Under the pieces are notes generated by a model, which worked only from the letters and a program-made list of their open reading frames with translations, was not told where the DNA came from and searched no databases. A program made the translations under genes and the position numbers. From Chamaesiphon sp. (GTDB taxonomy: Bacteria > Cyanobacteriota > Cyanobacteriia > Cyanobacteriales > Chamaesiphonaceae), in assembly GCA_965246715.1 (NCBI GenBank), contig CBDFFH010000051.1:197803-261802 (forward strand): 64,000 bases of DNA, written 5' to 3'. Below, in pieces: positions 54,901-63,696 of this stretch (position 1 is its first letter; each line of letters begins with the position of its first letter).

Positions 54901-57769
54901 ACAAACTGACCATGTTGAAGCTGAGCATAGGCATTAGCTCTGGCATCGCAATAAAAACTGGTGCGCCTAAATCTCCTAGCAGTTTTGTAATCGCTTGGGG
55001 CAAGAGATCGCTCATCGTTGGCAGCTCTAATAATTCTTCGATTTGCCTGGATTGAAGTTGGAGATCGAGCATTTGCAGCGATTTACTTGTTTCGGCTTCA
55101 TCCGGCATGGTAGGCAGTTCGATTCCTAGTTGAGACAGTGCAGCTACACCAATAACGATCGCCTCCTGCATTCTGCCACTAGCGGTCATTGCCGCAATTT
55201 GAATTCGATAAATTTCAACTTTATCTAAAATCGTTCGTGCCGATCGCCATACCACCGTTGCAATCCGTTCCATCCCTTCGAGATCGCCATTCAAGTAAGC
55301 TGCTTCAGTGGCAGCAATATGTAGATCTAAGCTCAACTGATATTGTGTTTCCCAACAGTTAGGCTGGAGTAGTTCCATACCTGCTTGCATATAGCTATTT
55401 GCCGCAGCATAGGCAGTAGAATTCCGCGCTTTCTTACCTGCATTCAGGTTGAGTTCTACTAAAGCTGTTCGTTCGCTCGATTCAGTAATTAATTCTTTGG
55501 CTAGATTCAAATGCCCGACCAGATCCAATAGCCTTTCCTCTCTGTCACTTTCCGAACAGTTTTGGAGGATTAAACGTCCGATTTTGAGATGAGTTTCGAG
55601 TTTTTCGCTGTCAGGAATCAAGGAGTAAGCAGCTTGTTGGACGCGATCGTGCAAAAAGCGATAGATGGGATTTGCCGAGCTAAAATGTTCGCCATCTGCG
55701 CCAGCAATTGTCTCCAATTCAGCATCAGATTGATTGAAAAATTTATAAGTATCTGTCGTCGGTAGGAGCAATCCTTCTTGCAAAGATGCCCATAGAGATG
55801 TCGCTAAATCTTGAGCCGATGTTTGCGAAATGATTGCCAAGGTATTGAGATCGAATTGTGCACCGATACAGGCAGCTAATTTTAGCGCCGCTTGAGTTTC
55901 CTGTGGCAAACGTTGCAATTGCACTGCCATAAACTCGACCACATCATCAGTGATGGCAAGGGTTTTGACTCGTGCTAGATCGCATTGCCAGCCACCGATC
56001 GTTTGGTGTTGAGTCGTCGGCTGAAAAAAGATCGCACCATCTTGGTAGAGCGATTTTAAGAATTGGGTTGTATAGAATGGATTGCCTTGAGTTTTGCGAG
56101 CGACTAGCTGCGTCAGAGATTCCGCCATTCTAAGATCGCAGTTTAATGTGTCGGCTACTAATTGATTTAGATCGCTAAATCCGAGTGGTGCGATCGTAAT
56201 TGTATTTACCATCGTGCCGTTTTTATCGATCTCAGCTATCGTCGATCTCAATGGATGAATCGGTGAGACTTCATTATCTCGATAAGCACCGATAATTAGT
56301 AGATTTGCAGTATTTTTCATCAAGAGTTGCAGTAACTCGAGTGAGGCTAAATCTGCCCATTGTAAATCGTCGAGGAAGATAACTAAGGGATGTTCTCCAC
56401 TAGTCATCACGTTTACAAATTTATGGATCGTTAGGTTAAATCGTTGCTGTGCTGCACCGACTGACAACTCTGGTGTGGGAAGTTGTTTGCCGATAATTAG
56501 TTCCAATTCGGGTAGAATATCGATGATTACTTGCCCATTTTCCCCCACTGCTGCCTGAATTTTATCTTTCCAGATTTGCTGTTGCAGATCGGATGCCGCG
56601 CCTAATTGACCGATGAGATTGCCGAAAGCTTGGAGGAAAGCAGAAAAGGGAATATTCCGCTGAAATTGGTCGAATTTACCTTTGATGAAGTAGCCGCGCT
56701 GCCGCACGATCGGCTTATGGACTTCTTGGACGATCGCAGTTTTACCTACTCCAGAAGATCCGGCCACTAGTATTAGTTCGGTTCCACCCTGACTGACTCG
56801 ATCGAAAGCATTGAGTAATAAGGCTACTTCGGTTTCTCGCCCGTAAAGTCGTTCGGGAATGATAAATCGATCGGTTAGATCTCGCGTTCCAAGATCGAAG
56901 GTTTCGATCTTACCAGTTGCTTGCAATCGAGCTAGACATCGTTCGAGATCGTGTTTCAATCCCAAAGCATTTTGATAGCGATTTTCGGCATTTTTTGCCA
57001 TCAATTTACTGACAATCTGCGCCAAGATCGCTGGAATTTCCGGCATGACTCGATCGACAGGAATCGGTGGCTTGGCGAGATGAAAATGCACTAATTCGAG
57101 CGGATCGTTGCTAATGAATGGGAGCTGTCCCGTCAATAATTCATAGTAAGTAACACCAAGGGCATAAAAATCACTCCGATAGTCGATCCCTCGGTTCATC
57201 CGTCCGGTTTGTTCTGGGGAAATATATGCTAAGGTACCTTCTAAAGTAGTGACATTTTGAATTGCCTGAGCCTCACGCGGCAACATCGACGCAATACTAA
57301 AATCAATCAGCGCGATCTGCTCGGTTTCAGGATTGAATAAAATATTGGCAGGTTTGATGTCTTTATGAATGATGCCATATGGATACAGTCCAGCTAGGGC
57401 TTGAGCAAGTTGAATCGCGATCTGAAGAAATCGAACCAGCCGCTGATGTTCTGTGCCAAATGCACCTTCTTGTTGTAATAGCTCTTTGAGCGAAATCCCG
57501 CCACAGTCGGCTGTTATCAGCGCATAGGAGTGGCGATCTGTTTTTAATGCTAGGGTTTTGGGGATACTAGGCAGATCGAGATTTTTGGTAATGTTGTAGT
57601 GATTGCGGAGCTGAAGTACTTCTCTAGATTGCGGAAATCGATCCCGCAGCATTTTGATGATGACAGGATCGTCATCTTGCTCGCGTAGTCCCCGATAGAT
57701 GAGCGTGCGGGTACCTGCATAAATTTGCGCTGCGATCCGATATCCTACCAACCCCGTGCTCGTATTCAT
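51938..57769 (-). CDS. Multidomain Ser/Thr kinase-AAA ATPase-GAF-histidine kinase-(pseudo)receiver protein
   Basis: HKDIKPAN, DFS, SPEQTGR kinase motifs; GSSGVGKT P-loop; LDDLQWAD; GAF; SHELRTPL; HATPase; C-terminal REC with E in place of the phospho-Asp. Confidence 0.95.
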   Translation of the reverse strand: MNTSTGLVGYRIAAQIYAGTRTLIYRGLREQDDDPVIIKMLRDRFPQSREVLQLRNHYNITKNLDLPSIPKTLALKTDRHSYALITADCGGISLKELLQQEGAFGTEHQRLVRFLQIAIQLAQALAGLYPYGIIHKDIKPANILFNPETEQIALIDFSIASMLPREAQAIQNVTTLEGTLAYISPEQTGRMNRGIDYRSDFYALGVTYYELLTGQLPFISNDPLELVHFHLAKPPIPVDRVMPEIPAILAQIVSKLMAKNAENRYQNALGLKHDLERCLARLQATGKIETFDLGTRDLTDRFIIPERLYGRETEVALLLNAFDRVSQGGTELILVAGSSGVGKTAIVQEVHKPIVRQRGYFIKGKFDQFQRNIPFSAFLQAFGNLIGQLGAASDLQQQIWKDKIQAAVGENGQVIIDILPELELIIGKQLPTPELSVGAAQQRFNLTIHKFVNVMTSGEHPLVIFLDDLQWADLASLELLQLLMKNTANLLIIGAYRDNEVSPIHPLRSTIAEIDKNGTMVNTITIAPLGFSDLNQLVADTLNCDLRMAESLTQLVARKTQGNPFYTTQFLKSLYQDGAIFFQPTTQHQTIGGWQCDLARVKTLAITDDVVEFMAVQLQRLPQETQAALKLAACIGAQFDLNTLAIISQTSAQDLATSLWASLQEGLLLPTTDTYKFFNQSDAELETIAGADGEHFSSANPIYRFLHDRVQQAAYSLIPDSEKLETHLKIGRLILQNCSESDREERLLDLVGHLNLAKELITESSERTALVELNLNAGKKARNSTAYAAANSYMQAGMELLQPNCWETQYQLSLDLHIAATEAAYLNGDLEGMERIATVVWRSARTILDKVEIYRIQIAAMTASGRMQEAIVIGVAALSQLGIELPTMPDEAETSKSLQMLDLQLQSRQIEELLELPTMSDLLPQAITKLLGDLGAPVFIAMPELMPMLSFNMVSLSLRCGNSSASAIGYINHGLVLSAFFSDIDAGYSFGKLALAIVERFNAQEFKGRVSFLFANWIQHRREPISIIIPIIKNAYIDSMNVGELLIAGYCIGFYFDANLLCGVELNSWELEIVPYSNDLERIKQYSARSCLLMKQQIAQNLMTSKNRTDALIGNAYDETMMLPKHRQDGDRTALAYAYIYKLMLAYLFGKHTSALENITNAEQYLQALSGMIPVPVFHFYAALTQLALCESARDERLSQVETHQSTIDLWAQTAPMNYRHKWQLIEAEKQRVLGNKADAIEHYDLAIDGAKEHQFLHEEALANELAAKFYLDWGKPKIAGAYLVEAYYGYTRWGALAKVAQLIELYPQFLTSILAVDRADVSDSEILSLGETFVSSSEFLDLATILKASQTISEEIEIDRTIVNLLNIVIANAGADKCVLLLQAENELQVIAKVEIGQKPQLISPIPLSASTELVMSLVNKVKNGLKPLILVNATEEAELSGDLYLQQHQPKSILCLPILHQSHLVGILYLENQLTTDAFTHDRINILQLLVAQAAISIENAKLYGKVKASMEQLEQRVVERTIELTAAKEEAERANKAKTDFFNFMSHELRTPLNAILGMSEALRGQSIGAMNERQLQYLQTIERGGTHLLELIDDILDIAKIEAGKLELHCTPVDIELLCSSSLLLIEPQAVKKQIQLAVKIHPHLPSLVVDERRIRQVLINLLNNAVKFTPSGGKVSLEVTQMSLEQTGGNTSAIRIAVIDTGIGISAENLGKLFKPFIQIDSALNRKAQGTGLGLNLVKQIVELHGGQITASSEIDIGSCFAIHLPCSDLPFVFALTPDPNPDARAITSDLPMKTAPTILFIDDNAANIQTTSSYLRAKGYKIVTASDSQAAIAPNGFNLPDIIVIELRQSELANFVAIDRLRRDPQFADLPIIVIATLARESDGVESDSGDLSAAMELKNRYVAAGVNCYLSRPIGLKAISQAVQDCLNNIQQVVNK

Positions 57770-57895
57770 CTGTTGTGCCCCGATGTATAAAATCTCGAAA
57801 GCAGCTGCAACTTTTAGAGATCGCAGCCGTTTTACTTATACATCTTCTATATTGCCCAGGAGTCGGATGAAAATTTAGATCGATGGCAGTTCTTT

Positions 57896-59059
57896 CTAAG
57901 ATTTGAGTGTGAGTGCATGAGTGCTAACAATTCGATCGATCGCGGCGATCGCTTGCTGACAGTCTGCTTCCGTACTACAATAGTGAGGAGATACCCGAAT
58001 TCTATTACTGAACCGCGTATCTACATCAATCCCTAACTCAGCCAATTCCTGTACCACAAGTTCTGCCCGATCGACTCCCAGACACACTGTCCCACCACGG
58101 TTTTGGGGCGATCTCGGTGTGTGAACAGGAATACCATAAGCATCGGCACAGTCGATGAGGTAATTTGTTAATTCAATATTACGTTGATGGATTTGTTCTA
58201 CACCAATATCGATGGCTAACTGCACCCCCGCACGAGAGGTGAAAATTGGCTCGAATGACAGTGCCCCCTGTTGAAAGCGACGTGCGCCAATGTCAGGGGT
58301 AAAAGTGTCAGCAAATTTAGCAGGTTGGAGATGAGCAAACCAGCCTGGATAAACTGGATCGAGTTTTTTTGCTAGCGATGGTTTGACATATGCAAAGGAT
58401 AAACCGAGGCAGCCGCAAAGCCATTTGTTCATACCGCTAACTAACACATCGACCCCGAGAGCGATTACGTCAACAGGAACTATGCCAACTGCTTGATAAG
58501 CATCCAACACTACAATTGCTCCAGCCGCATGGGCTGCTTCAATAATAGGTTGGATATCTAGTCGCGCACTATTAATATAGGAAACTAGGGAAACTGCAAC
58601 TATTGCAACCCGATCGTCTATTCGATCGATTACATCTTGCGCTTCTATTTGCATCCCGTCGGCTGCCTGGATTTCGACAATCTCAAATCCCCTTTGGCTT
58701 TGTGCGTTCCAAAGATAGCGTCCAGAGGGAAAGTCTAAATCGGTAATAATAATGCGATTGCGCTTGGGATCGGGTTGGATCGCGGCAGCAATAGCTGCTT
58801 GAGCGGCAGTCGTACTAGCCGTTATCGCAACTGAGCCAGTTGGTGCATTAATTAATTTTTCAATCAGCGTAAACATCTGTTCATAATGTTTCAGCCAAAT
58901 CGAAAAAACTCGTCTACCCAAATAGAGACTTTTGGTATAAGATTCTATGTCTAAAAAGGCTGCTTTGGGCAGCGGCCCCAGAGTATGAGTTGCTAGATAA
59001 GTCCGCTCCTCAATCAAGGGAAACTGTTTACGGAGATTGCTAAAGTCACACTTTTCCAT
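57896..59059 (-). CDS. Class-V PLP-dependent enzyme (kynureninase / C-S lyase-like)
   Basis: YLATHTLGP, DFPS, LDAYQAVG, SGMNKWLCG (PLP lysine), PGWF, IRVSPHY. Confidence 0.88.
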   Translation of the reverse strand: MEKCDFSNLRKQFPLIEERTYLATHTLGPLPKAAFLDIESYTKSLYLGRRVFSIWLKHYEQMFTLIEKLINAPTGSVAITASTTAAQAAIAAAIQPDPKRNRIIITDLDFPSGRYLWNAQSQRGFEIVEIQAADGMQIEAQDVIDRIDDRVAIVAVSLVSYINSARLDIQPIIEAAHAAGAIVVLDAYQAVGIVPVDVIALGVDVLVSGMNKWLCGCLGLSFAYVKPSLAKKLDPVYPGWFAHLQPAKFADTFTPDIGARRFQQGALSFEPIFTSRAGVQLAIDIGVEQIHQRNIELTNYLIDCADAYGIPVHTPRSPQNRGGTVCLGVDRAELVVQELAELGIDVDTRFSNRIRVSPHYCSTEADCQQAIAAIDRIVSTHALTLKS

Positions 59060-59077
59060 TGTCGTTTTCCCAAGAGT

Positions 59078-60970
59078 TTAGCTGAAACACACTCGATACA
59101 TTCCGTTGAAAAAACTCCACATCGCAGTAGCTGTCATTTCTGCTCCTTGTCGAGCAGCCTCTTTGTCTCCATCTGAGTTACCGATTAGGCGGGCTAATTC
59201 TAGTGCTTCATCAGTGTGTTCTATTTCTACTTCCTCATGGATATGCAGCCACAATAAAGAAGAGCGATCCATATTCGTTCGCGTCATCAACTCTTTAGCC
59301 ATGACTCCATCGATCTGCTTACCACAAATCTCCATCATAATTGCCGCACCAACCCCAATATAAGCATTCGGATCTGAGTACAGTACTTCTAACTGTTGAC
59401 TCAATTCCTGTCCTGGCGCTAATATATTCTCGCTAACAGCTGGTGGTTTGTGAGGTTCGAGCGCGAGAATCAATCGATCGAAAAGTTTACGATGGACGTG
59501 AGCGATATTGCCATTCCCTAGCTCTTCATTCAACTGCTTTGTCAAAATACACTGAATATGTTCGTCGTCGATCCGCCCAACTACGCTGGCAAGCCGACGG
59601 GTAAAGTGAGAAACAATGCCTTCTCGACCATTGACAAACAACATCCATAAATGTCCGATATTGACAGGCTCACGTTGCAACCTTTGCAAGAACGGATGAT
59701 TGGCAATCGAACTAGCTTCATAATGCCGCGCTGTTTGCTCGATCGAGAGATCGGTCTGCCACGTAGAGATTTTATCTTTTACGAGACTGGCCGAACGAAC
59801 GGTATTTAATTCTGGATTTAAATAGGCTGTAACTCTGAGCTGTTGATTTTCTCGTTTTAGGGAGATGTGTGAGTGCATTCCAACTCCTGAATCCAAAGCG
59901 CGAGTCGCAAAGTATTCAAGTGCTGTTGTGTAAATTGAGGCGGAGAGGTTGTGTTTTCCTAAATACCGATCTAAGCACTTGGCTACTACTCGATCGTCAG
60001 AGACATAGTAGCCGATTGGTATATATAGGGTGCCACCTAGGGGTCGATCGTCATTTCCGGTAATGAATGAAAAGCAAGAGACGATTGGTTTTGATGTGAA
60101 TGAGATTTGCGCTGGGAGCAGCGTCTGAAATAACTCGGTTGCATCTCCAGCCACATAATTTTGAGCGAAACTTAATGCGTTCTCCAGGTCTGCTACAGTT
60201 GCATCATAATGACGAAGGTAGACTTTAACTCTTGCCCGATCGTGGGAGGCAAGATCGATCGAGAAGTAGGGAAATTCTGTTCGATCGTGTCCGCGTTGTG
60301 CGGCGATTTCTGCTAAAGACGACCAAGCATGCGGAAAACCCAAACGTACTAGGGATTCTTCCACTACCGCTGCCGCTTTATTCCTCTCCTGAGATTGGGG
60401 ATTTAAATAGAGTTTAAATGCTGGTTCTTTGCCAGGATAAAAACAAACAGCGTGCCACATTGAGAATTTTGCATCTAAATTTGTTGGGACAAATAGATCT
60501 TCAATTTGCCTAAATCGATCGAGGTTGATGTTATAGTGTTCTGCTAGATATTGATTGAGTTGTAGTCCTGCTTCCCAATTCGATCGCAGATTTGGATCGA
60601 TTCCTTGCGCTTCAACTAAAATCCGCACTTCGGTTTGGCTTGGATCTAAGGCGATCGAAAATTCAAATGGAGAAAGATCGTCAGAAACATTTGATTCCCA
60701 ATTAGATGGATCGCCAACCTTACGATCGCCCCAGGATAAAGTCATTGCCCGAAAAATTTCGATCGCTTGAGCAGTTTTATCTTTTAAGCCGACAGCATCA
60801 CATAGAGCGGTTAATTTCTCGATCCCGGCTTCAATGTATGTTTGGTTGATTACTAATTCTTCTGGATTAAATCCAACCTGGGCAGAACGCTCGATTTCAG
60901 GATTTTTTGATAATATTTCGGTAGCATCGAGTGATTTTAATTCCGTAGCAATTGCTTCAAATTGAGTCAT
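59078..60970 (-). CDS. Fusion: tryptophan dimethylallyltransferase-like (DMATS/ABBA) prenyltransferase + heme-oxygenase-like diiron oxidase (iron-containing redox enzyme) domain
   Basis: N-terminal DDLSPFEFS, RILVE, FKLYLNP, YFSIDL, RVKVYLRH and VTAYL DMATS-type motifs; C-terminal HPFL...QLNEELGNG...HVHRKLF...MMEIC...HIHEEVEIEH carboxylate/His ligand pattern. Confidence 0.85.
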   Translation of the reverse strand: MTQFEAIATELKSLDATEILSKNPEIERSAQVGFNPEELVINQTYIEAGIEKLTALCDAVGLKDKTAQAIEIFRAMTLSWGDRKVGDPSNWESNVSDDLSPFEFSIALDPSQTEVRILVEAQGIDPNLRSNWEAGLQLNQYLAEHYNINLDRFRQIEDLFVPTNLDAKFSMWHAVCFYPGKEPAFKLYLNPQSQERNKAAAVVEESLVRLGFPHAWSSLAEIAAQRGHDRTEFPYFSIDLASHDRARVKVYLRHYDATVADLENALSFAQNYVAGDATELFQTLLPAQISFTSKPIVSCFSFITGNDDRPLGGTLYIPIGYYVSDDRVVAKCLDRYLGKHNLSASIYTTALEYFATRALDSGVGMHSHISLKRENQQLRVTAYLNPELNTVRSASLVKDKISTWQTDLSIEQTARHYEASSIANHPFLQRLQREPVNIGHLWMLFVNGREGIVSHFTRRLASVVGRIDDEHIQCILTKQLNEELGNGNIAHVHRKLFDRLILALEPHKPPAVSENILAPGQELSQQLEVLYSDPNAYIGVGAAIMMEICGKQIDGVMAKELMTRTNMDRSSLLWLHIHEEVEIEHTDEALELARLIGNSDGDKEAARQGAEMTATAMWSFFNGMYRVCFS

Positions 60971-61705
60971 AATATTGCTTCCAAATTTGTAGATGCGTAA
61001 GGTTTTACACTTGTCTCGTACTCAGATGCTCTTCTAAACTAACTTGACATAATGAATCCGGGATTTTTAAGCTCAAAATTAAGCTAAATTTTCGAGTAAA
61101 GATATCGCTGAGAATAGATAGATACCACAAACATGTAGCGCTCGAATTAGGATAGCTGTTAAGCTATCTAGTTGATGCGATACGTACTTGGCGTACTCGA
61201 TTCCTCATCCTACCTAAATTTTAAAAATACTCAAACTCAGTATCCAAAGTACTTTTAGTCGCTCGACCCTAAAATTAGAATTAATATCGAGTTATTTATC
61301 GGATGTAGTATCTGCCGAAACTAGTTGGTGAAAACTAGAGCGTTGAAATTTATACACAGAGAGTTGTTTTTGTGTGAAAATATATTCTCGGACTTCCAAG
61401 ATAACGTGGGTTATAGATTGCTGCCAATCTAGGTTAAACACTTTTACGTTGAAGAGTCACCTCACAGTAATGAGTAGTGAAATCTCTAGCGCAACGATTC
61501 AGCAACAATTAAATCTGCTACTGGTATTCTTAGACTGAGACACATCATGTCTCGACGCATCAATAACTATCTAAGTAATGTATCTAATCAATAGTTTACA
61601 TTGCTTATTAGAAACAATAAAGCCTTAATATTTTTTTGTCAACCCTTTGTTTTGGCTGTTGTTTTTATATCGTTGCTAAAACCTAATGATGACACATCAT
61701 TCCTG

Positions 61706-61721
61706 TGTAGTAAATTATACA
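61706..61721. promoter_or_regulatory. Candidate NtcA box upstream of the prenyltransferase operon
   Basis: TGTAGTAAATTATACA = tGTA-N8-TACa; minus-strand TAGGTT (TAN3T) 21 nt downstream at 61685-61680. Confidence 0.4.
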
Positions 61722-62038
61722 AAGCACAATTGCCATGTCTATTATTTTTTTACACGCGTAGTTATTTATAGTCAAGATTTTTAAATTTAAATATCCGCTC
61801 ACAAATGTTAAATTAACTGAGCTATTAGAATCTATTTTATACACTCATGTATTTCCTGAAATCAGTCAGGAAATTTTTCACTCACAATAACGACATCAAC
61901 AATTTCAGCAAGAGCGATCTAAATTGCAGGTTATGAGTGTTTTTACTCACGATCTAAGATCTAAAATCTGCTCCATGGATTGTTATACTTTTGACAAACC
62001 AATTATTTAAAATATATATTTATCTAACGATAGATAAC

Positions 62039-63549
62039 TCATGTTAATACTTGTGGTAGACCGACTTCTGGCTGGGTCACTAGTTTCCCTTCAAAACTCA
62101 TCGCATAGTCACCAACAGTTCTCGCTTCGGCTACCTGACGGCGAAGTTCGGCTCGATCGAAATCATTATCTACGCCACCGAGGAGATAAACAATCAATTT
62201 TGCGGCTAGATCGCGCCCTGAGACGAGGATGCGCTTTTTATTCGGGTCATATAAGATGCCATACCAGAGCGATTGGGGTCGATCGATATTACTAAAGCCG
62301 CCATCGGCATCATAGCGATCGAGTTTACGAAACACCTCGGTTTGAGCCATTTGTTTTTTAAAAACCGCGACTCCTACCCCCTGAGCGAAGGCAACTTGTC
62401 CGACAGGGCGAAATAAAATATGACCTTCACCGCCGCCCGGTTCAAAACTAAAGCGACGTAATTGCGGCGTGTCTTCCGCTTGTAAGCGCCCGTAACTGGT
62501 AAATTGGGATAGTCGATCGAATAACTGACTGAAGGCGGCGATGCCTAATTCTAATTCGCTGGTATCTGGGCGGAGCGGGACTAAACCTTTGTGGGCTGTG
62601 GGTTTCCAGTGGGGAAATTGATGTTGGAGATATTTCGCTGCCATATCTTGCAAAGCTTGCAAGGTGGTTAGGACAGTGGTTTTGGTGGCGACGGTAGCAC
62701 TATCCCAATTTACGCGCGGTTTGCGTCCTGGGGTATCTTTGAAGAGGGGATGATTGACGGCGATATTCCGCGCGACGATCGCAAAGCCATCATTTTCATC
62801 GAGTTGGGCGAGTTGTCCTTTGCTCAAGGCGATCGCCATTAGATTAACATGGACGAAGATCGATCGAATCCTGCGCCGCGCTTCTAGTTGGGTTTCGCCT
62901 TTGACTACGGCGGCGATAAATTCAATCCCAATCGTTTCTTGGGGTAAGTTCTGTAAATAGGCTTCGGATGTGCCTAATTCGGCGAGCGTAATTTTATTGC
63001 CAACTGGATGACGATCTCGATTATATCTGGGGCAATTCCCCGGCACGTAATAATTCCATCAACCCCTGTACGCCCATCAAGCGGTGCTGTCCGTCGAGAG
63101 CATATATACGCGCCGCTTCACCGATATCTAACAAGCCGATCTCGCCTTTACCATCAATCGGTGTAAATACTGCCGCCGACTCAGTTGCTTTACCACCTCT
63201 ACCCCATTCCGGTGCATGAATATTATCGATCCACGCGCGATCGATCGTCACTAAAACTGGAGGAAATTTATGGGTAGTTCGCCCTGCTAAATATTGAACT
63301 AGGGATGCTTGTCTGCTCCAGTCGAGAGGACGCTGTTGGATGACTTCGATGGTGTCGCTATCGATAGTAATATTTTTTTTGGCGGAGTTAGATCGATCGG
63401 ATAGTAAGCTCATCTCTGAGGCATATTTTACGCGATCGGCCAACCCATTGCAGAGAGACTGAGCCGATATATGCCTCGCTCCCACCCATGTTGGTTCGTT
63501 GGACGAGGATTTCGTGGGGCTGGATGCTCGGAATCTGACTGGCTAGCAT
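62039..63549 (-). pseudogene. DGQHR-domain (DndB-like) protein interrupted by two +1 frameshifts (pseudogene or sequencing errors)
   Basis: QRPLDWSRQ and YALDGQHRL motifs. Removing one base from the C run at 63444-63446 and one from the G run at 63029-63032 restores a 502-aa ORF from ATG 63549 (MLASQIP...ILVQRTNMGGSEAYIGSVSLQWLADRVKYA...GELPRYNRD...). Confidence 0.85.
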
Positions 63550-63639
63550 TGTCAACGTGATGAGTAAAGTTACCGCAACTAGATTAACAGCTTATTGGTA
63601 TACTTAGACAGGGTTTTTAAAACTTAATAGATGATTTTT

Positions 63640-63669
63640 GCGATTACCTCCGGTAGGCTACGCCAACGC
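63640..63669 (-). repeat. 22-nt small dispersed repeat inserted into a HIP1 site
   Basis: Minus strand GCG[TTGGCGTAGCCTACCGGAGGTA]ATCGC; the core CGTTGGCGTAGCCT recurs at ~51850. Confidence 0.7.
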
Positions 63670-63696
63670 ATAACTGTTTAGAGTTATAATTAATCA

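Noticed and set aside
60971..62038. RiPP precursor peptide for the prenyltransferase
   Set aside because: No convincing short ORF with leader/core features was found, and the enzyme has DMATS-type rather than cyanobactin LynF-type motifs.
57896..63549. PLP enzyme as DndA/IscS cysteine desulfurase forming a phosphorothioation system with the DGQHR gene
   Set aside because: The protein lacks the SSGSAC or RxGHHC catalytic-Cys loop, is tightly coupled to the prenyltransferase gene, and no dndC/D/E genes are in the window.
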